From the NCBI GenBank assembly GCA_028826165.1, contig JAPDFW010000063.1, forward strand, positions 682,001 through 746,000: a DNA stretch of 64,000 nt, in the 5' to 3' direction. Positions 18,199 through 31,052 of the stretch are shown here, one piece after another. Below the pieces are notes generated by a model that worked only from the letters and a program-made list of their open reading frames with translations, was not told the origin of the DNA and did not search any database. Source of the DNA: Anaeramoeba ignava BMAN (lineage: Eukaryota; Protista; Anaeramoebae). Both the position numbers and the translations under genes were made by a program. The stretch's first letter is position 1, and each line of letters starts with the position of its first letter.

Positions 18199-20090
18199 TT
18201 AATTTTTCAATAATTGTTCATCTTCATTTTCATTTTCATTTTCATTTTCATTTTCATTTTTAAATTTTCCAATATTTTCTTTTTGGAAACTTTCAGAATT
18301 AGAATCTATCATTGAAACACCAGAAGTTTCAAAAGGTAAGAAATAAGAAGAAATACCAGCAACAACAGCAAGAACAGCAAATGATGAAAGAGGAATATAA
18401 ACATTATAATCAAGTAAAATGAATGAAAAAATAGGAGAAACAATCCCACCAAAACGACTAAGACCAGTACAAAAACCAAGACCAGTAGATCTTATTTCAG
18501 TTGGATAAATTTCAGGTGTATAAGCATAAGTAGTATCAAAAGCAGCTGTTATTGAGGCTCTTGAAATCATTGCAAAAACAATATGAAAAATAGGATTTGA
18601 ACCAATCATTAACAATGCTATTGAAATTCCAGCTGAAATGAAAAATGCTGTTTGTGTGATTTTTCTTCCTATTTTTTCTATGATAAATAATGCTATAAAT
18701 AATCCTGGTAATTCTGCAAATGTTGTTATAAATGTACTTTCATAAACATTTCCAAAAGTATCTTTGTGAATAAATGAAGGTGTTATAAAAACTAATCCAT
18801 AATAAACAAATGTGTTTATAAACCACAAAATCCATAATAAAATTGTTGTTCTTCTGTATTTTTTACAGAACATTTCCTTCAAACTTTTCCAAAGTGATTG
18901 ATGTTTTTTTTGTCTTGGTTTTCCAATTTTTCTGTTTAATTTACTAATTTTCTTCAATTTTTTTGATTTTTTTGGATTATTTTCGTTTTCTTTCAAAAGA
19001 TTATCATTATCATCATTTAAAGTATCATCATTTAAAACAACATTTTCATCCACATTTTTTTCGATTGATAATTCTTGTTTTGATTTTTTTTCTGAATTTG
19101 TTTGTTGGTTTGAAATTTCTTCATTAATATCTTTATCACTTGAACTTGTTAAAATTTCTGTTTCTTTTTCTTTTATAATTGAATTATCTTTATTATTTTG
19201 ATTTGAATCATAAGATAAAAGTGATGAAGTTTCTTGATTTTGAATTGAATCAGGATTTATTATTTGGAAATTATCTGGAAAAGATATTTTATTAACTCTT
19301 GAAATCATTTTGATAGTATCATTTAATTTTTGTTGATTGTTTATTATATAATAATATCTTGGACTTTCAGGTACCCATTTCCATAAAACTAATAGAAAAG
19401 CCATTGGAATTGCTGAAAATAAAAGAAATACTCTCCAATTAAATTTTGTTATTAAAATCCATCCAAGTCCTGTTTCTATAAGACATCCAAATGACCAAAA
19501 AGTTTCGAAAATTATCAAATGAAATCCTCTTCTTTTAGTTGGAATAATTTCTGCAAACATTCCAAAACTAATTGGAGCAGCACCGACTATTTTTATTTAT
19601 AAATATTTTGATTTTGATTTTGAATTAAAGAAATTAAAGAAAATTACCTCCTAAACCAACCATAAATTGACATAAAAAAAGTTGCCAAAACTTTTGATGT
19701 AAAAGAACTTAAAACACCAAAAATCAAACAAAAAATAGCAGTAATCAAATAACCAAGTCTTCTACCATAAATATCCGAAAGATGACCCCAAATACTAGCA
19801 CCAATAGCCATACCAATAAAGGAACAAGAAACTAACAAAGTTTCTTGATAAGCAGGCAAATCCCATTCCTTCTTAACAATTGGAACAAGAAGTGATAAAG
19901 AAATTGTTATCATTCCATCAAGAGCCCAACAAATTCCTAATGCAAATATCATTAATATTTGAAACTTTCCAAATCCTAATAAATTAATTGCTTCTTGTAA
20001 ACTCATTCTATCTGTTTTATTGATTTTCATTTCTTCTTCTATTTCAAGTTCTTCTTTATTATTTTTATGGGGGAGTTTCATTTCTTCCAT
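18199..20090 (-). CDS. MFS transporter, SV2/SVOP-like, copy 1; exons 20090-19648 and 19586-18199; apparent 1-nt insertion near 19698
   Basis: Motifs GFGKFQ, GHLSDIYGRR, VPESPRY, EKIGRK and YTPEIYPTEIRSTG. A 61-bp phase-1 intron. Exon 1 shifts frame relative to the paralogs. Confidence 0.8.
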
Positions 20091-20249
20091 TTTAATATTT
20101 TATATTTTAATTTTTAATATTTAATATTTTATATTTTTTAATTTTTGGAATAATAAAAGAATGAAAAGTTTTAAAAAATTCAAAATTGAAAATCTAAAAT
20201 TTAAAAAAATTTTTCTTTTTAATTGAACTTTATTTCAATTAATATCTTC

Positions 20250-22417
20250 TTAATTCTTGAATAATTCATCTTCTTCATCATCTCCATTTGGATTTTCTTT
20301 TTCAAAACTTTCAAAATTAGAATCAGTCATTGAAACACCAGAAGTTTCAAAAGGTAAGAAATAACAAGCAATACCAGCAACAATTGAGAGTATAGAAAAA
20401 GTAGCAAGAGGAATATAGTGATTATAATCAAGTAAAATAAACGCAAAAATAGGAGAAATAATTCCAGCAACTCTACTAAGACCAGAACAAAAACCAAGAC
20501 CAGTAGATCTTATTTCAGTTGGATAAATTTCAGGTGTATAAGCATAAGTAGTATCAAAAGCAGCAATCATTGAGGCTCTTGAAATCATTGCAAAAACAAT
20601 ATGAAGAATAGGATTTGAACCAATCATTAATAATGCTATTGAAATTCCAGCTGAAATGAAAAATGCTGTTTGTGTGATTTTTCTTCCTATTTTTTCTATG
20701 ATAAGCAATGCTATAAATAATCCTGGTAATTCTGCAAATGTTGTTATAAATGTACTTTCATATGAATTTCCAAAAGTATCTTTGTGCATAAATGAAGGTG
20801 TTATAAAAACTAATCCATAATAAACAAATGTGTTTATAAACCATAAAATCCATAATAAAATTGTTGTTCTTCTGTATTTTTTACAGAACATTTTCTTCAA
20901 ACTTTCCCAAAGTGATTGATGTTTTTTTTGTCTTGGTTTTCCAATTTTTCTGTTTAATTTACTAATTTTCTTCAATTTTTTTGATTTTTTTGGATTATTT
21001 TCGTTTTCTTTCAAAAGATTATCATTATCATCATTTAAAGTATCATCAATATCATCATCCAAAGAATTATCGTTAGTTTCTTCATTTTCGTTTTTACCAA
21101 GTGTTAATTTGAGGTCTGATTCTTTTTCTGAATTTGTTTGATGGTTTGAAATTTCTTCATTAATATCTTTATCACTTGAACTTGTTAAAATTTCTGTTTC
21201 TTTTTCTTTTATAATTGAATTATCTTTATTATTTTGATTTGAATCATAAGATAAAAGTGATGAAGTTTCTAGATTTTGAATTGAATTAGGATTTAATATT
21301 TGGAAATTATCTGGAAAAGATATTTTATTAACTCTTGAAATCATTTTGATAGTATCATTTAGTTTTTGTTGATTGTTTATTATATAATAATATCTTGGAC
21401 TTTCAGGTACCCATTTCCATAAAACTAATAGAAAAGCCATTGGAATTGTTGAAAATAAAAGAAATACTCTCCAATTAAATTTTGTTATTAAAATCCATCC
21501 AAGTCCTGCTTCTAAAAGACATCCAAATGACCAAAAAAATTCAAAAATTATCAAATGAAATCCTCTTCTTTTAGTTGGAAGGAGTTCAGAAAACATTCCA
21601 AAACTAATTGGAGCAGCACTAACTATTTTTGATTTTGATTTTGATTTTGATTTTGATTTTGATTTTAATTTTAATTTTAATTTTAATTTTGATTTTAATT
21701 TTGATTTTAATTTTGATTTTAATTTTGATTTTAATTTTGATTTTAATTTTGATTTTAATTTTGATTTTGATTTTAATTTTGATTTTAATTTTGATTTATA
21801 TTTTGATTTTGATTTTAATTTTAATTTTATAAATGAATTTCGATTTTGATTTTAATTTTGATTTTGATTTTGATTTTGATTTTGATTTTGATTTTAATTT
21901 TAATTTTGATTTTAATTTATATTTTGATTTTGATTTTAATTTTGATTTTGAATTAAAGAAATTAAAGAAAATTACCTCCTAAACCAACCATAAATTGACA
22001 TAAAACAAGTTGCCAAAACTTTTGAGTAAAAGAACTTAAAACACCAAAAATCAAACAAAAAATAGCAGTAATCAAATAACCAAGTCTTCTACCATAAATA
22101 TCCGAAAGATGACCCCAAATACTAGCGCCAATAGCCATACCAACAAAAGAAAGAGAAACTAACAAAGTTTGGTCATAAGAATGTAAATTCCACTTCTTTT
22201 TAACAACTGGAGCAAGAAGAGATAAAGAAATTGTTATCATTGCATCAGAACTCCAACAAGCTCCTAATGCAAATATCATTAATATTTGAAACTTTCCAAA
22301 TCCTAATAAATTAATTGCTTCTTGTAAACTCATTCTATCTGTTTTGTTGATTTTCATTTCTTCTTCTATTTCAAGTTCTTCTTTATTATTTTTATGGGGG
22401 AGTTTCATTTCTTCCAT
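20250..22417 (-). CDS. MFS transporter, SV2/SVOP-like, copy 2; exons 22417-21976 and 21622-20250
   Basis: Same motifs as copy 1; a 353-bp phase-1 GT-AG intron joins in frame. Confidence 0.92.
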
Positions 22418-22649
22418 TTTAATTTTTTATATTTTAATTTTTTAATATTTTATATTTTAATATTTTTTAATTTTTGGAATAATAAAAGAATTAAAAGTAA
22501 ATAATAATTATAAAAAGTTCGAAAAGAACGAGAAAAATGATAAATTGAAAAAAAAATAATGATCAAAAATAATATTTTCAAAAAGCAAATCACTAAAACA
22601 AAAATTTTGAATCTTTTTTTACTTATTTATTTCAAAATCTAAATTTATT

Positions 22650-24920
22650 TTAATTAATAATTTATAAATATTTCTAATTAATAATTTATAAATATTTTTA
22701 ATTAATAATTTCCAAATATTTTTAATTAATAATTTATAAATATTTTTAATTAATAATTTATAAATATTTCTAATTAATAATTTATAAATATTTCTAATTA
22801 ATAATTTATAAATATTCTTAATTAATAATTTATAAATATTTCTAATTAATAATTTCCAAATATTTTTAATTAATAATTTCCAAATACTTCTAATTAATAA
22901 TTTATAAATATTTTAATCAATAATTTATAAATATTTTTAATTAATAATTTATAAATATTTCTAATTAATAATTTATAAATATTTCTAATTAATAATTTAT
23001 AAATATTTATAATTAATAATTTACAAGTAAATATTTCTAATTAATAATTTATAAATATTTCTAATTAATAATTTATAAATATTCGTAATTAATAATTTAT
23101 AAATATTTCTAATTAATAATTTCCAAAATTTTTTCATAATAATTTCCAAAACTTCTAATTTCCTTTTTATAAATATTTTAATTAATAATTTATAGATATT
23201 TTTAATTAATAATTTATAAATATTTCTAATTAATAATTTATAAATATTTCTAATTGTCAATTTATAAATATTTATAATTAATAATTTACAAATATTTTAA
23301 TTAATAATTTATAAATATTTCTAATTAATAATTTCCAAATATTTCTAATTAATAATTTATAAATATTTTTAATTAATAATTTCATTTATAAATATTTTTA
23401 ATCAATAATTTATAAATATTTCTAATTAATAATTTATAAATATTTTTAATTAATAATTTATAAATATTTTAATCAATAATTTATAAATATTTTTAATTAA
23501 TAATTTATAAAATATTTCTAATTAATAATTTATAAATATTTCTAATTAATAATTTAGATATTTTTAATCAATAATTTATAAATATTTTTAATTAATAATT
23601 TATAAATATTTCTAATTAATAATTTATAAATATTTCTAATTAATAATTTCCAAATATTTTTAATTAATAATTTCCAAATATTTTTAATTAATAATTTCCA
23701 AATATTTTTAATTAATAATTTCCAAATATTTTTAATTAATAATTTATAAATATTTCTAATTAATAATTTATAAATATTTCTAATTAATAATTTATAAATA
23801 TTTCTAATTAATAATTTATAAATATTTCTAATTAATAATTTATAAATATTTTTAATCAATAATTTATAAATATTTTTAATTAATAATTTATAAATATTTC
23901 TAATTAATAATTTATAAATATTTCTAATTAATAATTTCCAAATATTTTTAATTAATAATTTATAAATATTTTTAATTAATAATTTATAAATATTTTTAAT
24001 TAATAATTTATAAATATTTCTAATTAATAATTTATAAATATTTCTAATTAATAATTTATAAATATTTCTAATTAATAATTTATAAATATTCTAATTAATA
24101 ATTTATAAATATTTTTAATTAATAATTTATAAATATTTTAATTAATAATTTATAAATATTTCTAATTAATAATTTATAAATATTTTTAATTAATAATTTA
24201 TAAATATTCTAATTAATAATTTATAAATATTTCTAATTAATAATTTATTAATTATAAAATATTTTTAATTAATAATTTATAAATATTTTTAATTAATAAT
24301 TTATAAATATTTCTAATTAATAATTTATAAATATTTTTAATTAATAATTTATAAATATTTTTAATTAATAATTTATAAAATATTTTTAATTAATAATTTC
24401 CAAATATTTTAATTAATAATTTATAAATATTTTTAATTAATAATTTATAAATATTTCTAATTAATAATTTATAAATATTTTTAATTAATAATTTATAAAT
24501 ATTTCTAATTAATAATTTATAAAATATTTCTAATTAATAATTTATAAATATTTCTAATTAATAATTTATAAATATTTTAATTAATAATTTATAAATATTT
24601 CTAATTAATAATTTATAATTATTTTTAATTAATAATTTATAAATATTTTTAATTAATAATTTATAAATATTTTAATTAATAATTTATAAATATTTTTAAT
24701 TAATAATTTATAAATATTCTAATTAATAATTTATAAATATTTCTAATTAATAATTTATAAATATTTTAATTAATAATTTATAAATATTTTAATTAATAAT
24801 TTATAAATATTTTAATTAATAATTTATAAATATTTTTAATTAATAATTTATAAATATTTCTAATTAATAATTTATAAATATTCTAATTAATAATTTATAA
24901 ATATTTTTAATTAATAATTT
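22650..24920. repeat. 24-bp AT-rich minisatellite TAATTAATAATTTATAAATATTT(C/T), intergenic
   Basis: Tandem units seen directly. They produce the spurious LLIRNIYK ORFs. Confidence 0.95.
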
Positions 24921-24995
24921 ACTTCAAAATTTTAATCAATTTGAATTAATTTTTTTATTATTTTTTTTTCTTCCAAATTAAAATGAAATTGTTCC

Positions 24996-27492
24996 TCAAT
25001 TTAATTTGTTAACAAAATCCTTTCTCTCTTTTTTTTTCTTCAAATCATTTTTAAAATTTCCAATATTTTCTTTTTCAAAACTTTCAAAATTAGAATCAGT
25101 CATTGAAACACCAGAAGTTTCAAAAGGTAAGAAATAAGAAGAAACACCAGCAACAATAGCAAGAAAAGAAAAAGTAGCAAGAGGAATATAAACATTATAA
25201 TCAAGTAAAATGAATGAAAAAATAGGAGAAATAATTCCCGCAAAACGACTAAGAGCAGAACAAAAACCAAGACCAGTAGTTCTTATTTCAGTTGGATAAA
25301 TTTCAGGTGTATAAGCATAAGTAGTATCAAAAACAGCAATCATTGAAGCTCTTGAAATCATTGCAAAAACAATATGAAAAATAGGATTTGAACCAATCAT
25401 TAATAATGCTATTGAAATTCCAGCTGAAATGAAAAATGCTGTTTGTGTGATTTTTCTTCCTATTTTTTCTATAATAAGTGATGCTATGAATATTCCTGGT
25501 AATTCTGATATTGTTGTTATAAATGTACTTTGATAAACATTTCCAAAACTATATTGATGAATAAATGAAGGTGTTATAAAAACTAATCCATAATAAACAA
25601 ATGTGTCAACAAACCACATGATCCACAAAATAATTGTTGTTCTTCTGTATTTTTTACTAAACATTTCCTTCAAACCTTTCCAAAGTGTTTGTTTTTTCTT
25701 AATTAATTTGTATTTTTGTTGATTCTTTTCATTTTGTTTTAAATTCAGTTTTTCTTCTTCTTCTTCTTCTTTTTCTTTGTTATTTTCTTTTTCAATATTT
25801 GAATTTTCTTTGCTTTCTTTTTTTATTTCAATTTGAATTTCATTTTCAGAATCATTTTGTTCAAAAGAAAATTCTTCTTGAGATTCTAGATCATTATAAA
25901 CGATAATTCCTGATTTTTTAATAAGAGTATCTTCTTCATTTTTATTATTTTGATTTGAATCATAAGATAAAAGTGAAGAAGTTTCTTGATTTTGGATTGA
26001 ATTAGTTTTAATTATTCTGAAATTATCTGGAAAAGATATTTTATTAACTCTTGCAATCATTTTGATAGTATCATTTAGTTTTTGTGTTTTATTTGTTATA
26101 TAATAATATCTTGGACTTTCAGGTACCCATTTCCATAAGACTAATAAAAAGGACATTGGAATTGCTGAACAAAAAAGAAATACTCTCCAATTAAATTTTG
26201 TTATTAAAATCCATCCAAGTCCTGCTTCTAAAAGACATCCAAATGACCAAAAAAATACAAATACTACTAAATGAAATCCTCTTCTTTTTGTTGGAAGAAT
26301 TTCTGAAAACATTCCAAAACTAATTGGAATTGCACTAACTATTTTTGATTTTGATTTAAATTTAAATTCAGATTTTAATTTTAATTTTGATTTTAATTTA
26401 TATTTAGATTTTGATTTTGATTTTGATTTTGATTTTGATTTTGATTTTGATTTTGATTTCGATTTTGATTTTAATTTTAATTTTGATTTTGATTTTGATT
26501 TTAATTTTAATTTTAATTTTAATTTTAATTTTGATTTTGATTTTGATTTTGATTTTGATTTTGATTTTGATTTTGATTTTGATTTATATTTTAATTTTTA
26601 TTTTGATTTTGATTTTGATTTTGATTTATATTTATATTTTGATTTTGATTTTGATTTTGATTTTTGATTTTGATTTTGATTTTAATTTTAATTTTAATTT
26701 TAATTTTAATTTTGATTTTGATTTTGATTTTGATTTTGATTTTGATTTTTAATTTTAGATTTTGATTTAGATTTAGATTTTGATTTTGATTTTGATTTTG
26801 ATTTTGATTTTGATTTTGATTTTGATTTAATTTAGATTTTGATTTATATTTTGATTTTGATTTTGATTTTGATTTTGATTTTGATTTTGATTTTGATTTT
26901 GATTTTGATTTTGATTTTGATTTTGATTTTGATTTTAATTTGATTTTAATTTGATTTTGATTTTGATTTATATTTATATTTTGATTTTGATTTTGATTTT
27001 GATTTTGATTTTGAATTAAAGAAATTAAAGAAAATTACCTCCTAAACCAACCATAAGTTGACATAAAACAAGTTGCCAAAACTTTTGTGTAAAAGCACTT
27101 AAAATTTCAAAAATAAAACAAAAAATAGCAGTAATCAAATAACCAATTTTTCTACCATAAATATCCGAAAGATGACCCCAAATACTAGCACCAATAGCCA
27201 TACCAGTAAAAACAATAGAAACTAAAATAGTTTGATCATAAGAATGTAAATTCCATTCTTTTTTAATAACTGGAGCAAGAAGTGATAATAGAATTGTAAG
27301 CATTGCATCAGAACTCCAACAAATTCCTAATGCAAACATCATCATGATTTGGAATTTTCCAAATCCTAATAAATTAATTGCTTCTTGTAATGTCATCTCA
27401 ATTAATTTTTCTTTTTGATTTTGATTTTGATTTTGATTTTGATTTTGATTTTGATTTTGATTTTGATTTTGAATAATTTTTGATTTTTTCAT
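24996..27492 (-). CDS. MFS transporter, SV2/SVOP-like, copy 3; exons 27492-27039 and 26338-24996
   Basis: Same motifs; a 700-bp phase-1 intron at the homologous position. Confidence 0.92.
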
Positions 27493-27769
27493 TTTTTAAA
27501 ATATTATTTCTGAATTCAAAAAAAAAAAACAGTAAATTTGATTAAAATTTTATTTTATATTAAAACAAAAAAATCACTATTTGAGTAAAGTAAAAATTTT
27601 AACTAAAAAAAATTGAATTTCTAAATGAAAAAAAATGAAAAAAAAATGAAAAAAAAAAAATTTTATTTTTAAGTTTGTTTTATTAACTAATAAAGAGCCT
27701 CAAAAGAAAAGAAATTCAAAAGAAAAAAAGAAATTCAAAAAGAAAAAGAAAAATTCAAAAAGAAAAAAA

Positions 27770-28454
27770 TTTTGATTTTAATTTTAATTTTGATTTTTTT
27801 TGATTTTGATTTTTATTTTGATTTTGATTTTGATTTTTTGATTTAGATTTTGATTTATATTTAGATTTTGATTTAGATTTTGATTTTGATTTTGATTTAG
27901 ATTTTGATTTTAGATTTTGATTTTGATTTTGATTTAAATTTTGATTTTAATTTTGATTTTGATTTTGATTTTAATTTAGATTTTGATTTTGATTTTGATT
28001 TAGATTTTGATTTTGATTTAGATTTTGATTTTAATTTAGATTTTGATTTTAATTTAGATTTAGATTTTAATTTTAATTTTGATTTTGATTTTGATTTTTA
28101 ATTTTGATTTTGATTTTGATTTTGATTTAAATTTATATTTTGATTTAGATTTTGATTTTGATTTTAATTTAGATTTTAATTTAGATTTTGATTTTAATTT
28201 AGATTTTGATTTTGATTTTGATTTAGATTTTGATTTATATTTTAATTTTGATTTGATTTATATTTAGATTTTGATTTTAATTTAGATTTTGATTTTGATT
28301 TTAGATTTTGATTTTGATTTTGATTTTAGATTTTGATTTTAGATTTTGATTTTGATTTTGATTTTGATTTTGATTTTGATTTTGATTTTAATTTTAATTT
28401 TGATTTTGATTTATATTTTAATTTTAATTTTAATTTTAATTTTTGATTTTAATT
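27770..28454. repeat. (GATTTT/AATTTT/GATTTA)n hexamer array, intergenic
   Basis: Seen directly in the sequence. Confidence 0.93.
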
Positions 28455-30753
28455 TTAATTAATCCTCATCTTTTCTTTCTCTACAATAATAGGAGTATCA
28501 GTTTCGAAATTTTCAGTATTTGAATCAGTCATTGAAACACCAGAAGTTTCAAAAGGTAAGAAATAAGAAGCAACACCAGCAACAATAGCAAGAAAAGAAA
28601 AAGTACCAAGAGGAATATAAACATTATAATCAAGTAAAATGAATGAAAAAATAGGAGAAATAATTCCAGCAACTCTGCTAATACCAGAACAAAAACTAAG
28701 ACCAGTAGCTCTTATTTCAGTTGGATAAATTTCAGGTGTATAAGCATAAGTAGTATCAAAAGCAGAAATCATTGAAGCTCTTGAAATCATTGCAAAAATA
28801 ATATGTTCAGCTGAATTTGAACCAATCATTAATAATGCTATTGAAATTCCAGCTGAAATGAAAAATGCTGTTTGTGTGATTTTTCTTCCTATTTTTTCTA
28901 TTACAAGTGATGCTGTTAATATTCCTGGTAATTCTGCTATTGTTGTTATAAATGTACTTTGATAAACATTTCCAAAACTACTTTTGTGAATAAATGAAGG
29001 TGTTATAAAAACTAATCCATAATAAACAAATGTATCAACAAACCATAAAACCCATAATAAAATTGTTGTTCTTCTGTATTTTTTACTAAACATTTCCTTC
29101 AAACTTTTCCCAAGTGTTTTTTTTTTCTTAATTAATTTGTATTTTTGTTGATTGATTGTTGTTTGTTTTAAATTCAGTTTTTCTTCTTCTTCTTCTTTGC
29201 CAAGTAATTTGGCTTTCTGTGATTCTTCTTCTGAATTATTTTCTTCAAAAGAAATTTGCTCTTCAATTTCATGATCATTAAAAAAAGTTGAAATTGAATT
29301 TTGATTTTCACTTTGATTTTGATTTTGATTTTGATTTTCATTTTGAATTGAAAAATCATTAAAAACAGAATCATCATTTTGGATTGAATCATCGTTTTCA
29401 TTTGAATCATTATTTTGATTTTGATTTTGATTCAATTTTGCTTTTTGAATTATTTTTTCATCCAAAATAGAATTTTCAGTGGGAATTGATGTTAAAATGG
29501 AAATGATTTCTTTTTTTTGTTTTTCTTCAGTGTTAATTATTCTGAAATTTTTTGGAAAAGGAGATTTATTAACTCTTGCAATCATTTTGATAGTATCATG
29601 TAATTTTTGATTTTGATTTGTTATATAATAAAATCTTGTACTTTCAGGTACAAATTTCCATAAAACTATTAAAAGTGACATTGGAATTGCTGAAAATAAA
29701 AGAAATACTCTCCAATTAAATTTTGTTATTAAAAGCCATCCAAGTCCAACTTCTAAAAGACATCCAAATGACCAAAAAAATACAAATACTACTAAATAAA
29801 ATCCTCTTCTTTTTGTTGGAAGAAGTTCAGAAAACATTCCAAATATTATTGGAGCAGCACTAACTATTTTTGATTTAGATTCATATTTTGATTTATATTT
29901 TGATTTTGATTTTGATTTTGATTTTGATTTTAATTTTGATTTTGATTTTGATTTTGATTTTGATTTTGATTTTGATTTATATTTTGATTTAGATTTAAAT
30001 TTATATTTTTATTTTGATTTATATTTTGATTTTGATTTTGATTTATATTTTGATTTATATTTAGATTTTGATTTATATTTATGTTTTGATTTTGATTTTG
30101 ATTTTGATTTAGATTTTGATTTATATTTTGATTTTGATTTTGATTTATATTTAGAATTTGATTTTGATTTATATTTATATTTATATTTTGATTTTGATTT
30201 TGATTTATATTTAGATTTAGATTTAGATTTAGATTTAGATTTAGATTTAGATTTTGATTTTGATTTTGATTTTGATTTATATTTAGATTTAGATTTATAT
30301 TTTAATAAAATTACCTCCTAAACCAATCATAAATTGACATAAAAGAAGTTGCCAAAATTGATTAGTTAAAGCACTCAAAATTTCAAAAATAAAAGTAAAA
30401 GAAGCAACAATTAAATAACCAATTTTTCTACCGTATAAATCAGAAAGATGACCCCAAAAGCTAGAACCAATAGTCATAGCAGTAAAAACAACAGAAACTA
30501 AAATAGTTTGATCATAAGAATGTAAATTCCATTCTTTTTTAACAACTGGAGCAAGAAGTGATAAAGAAATCATCACCATTGCATCACAACTCCAACAAAA
30601 TCCATGTGCAAACATCATCATTATTTGGAATTTCCCAAATCCTAATAAATTAATTGCTTCTTGTAATGTCATCTCAACTTTATCTTCTATTTTTTCAAAT
30701 TGGTTTTTATTTTTATTTTTATTTTTATTTTTATTTTTATTTTTATTCTTCAT
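28455..30753 (-). CDS. MFS transporter, SV2/SVOP-like, copy 4; exons 30753-30315 and 29863-28455
   Basis: Same motifs; a 451-bp phase-1 intron at the homologous position. Confidence 0.92.
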
Positions 30754-31052
30754 TTTAAAGAAAACAAAAGAAAATGAAAACTTTTTTTTTAAAAAATTAA
30801 AAAACTAATCAAAAAATTTTTTTTGTGTTGTTTTTTAATTTCTTTTTTTTTAAAAAAAATCATTTGCAATCAAATATAATTTTAATTTTAATTTTAATTT
30901 TAATATTACTTTTAATTTTAATATTACTTTTAATTTGTTTTCGTTCGTTTTTTTAAAAAAAAAATAATTTTTTTTCTTTTCGGGAAAAAAATCAAAAAGA
31001 TTTTGAATTGAAGAAACCATAAGAGAAAATGTTACAAGAATCAAAGAAAATA

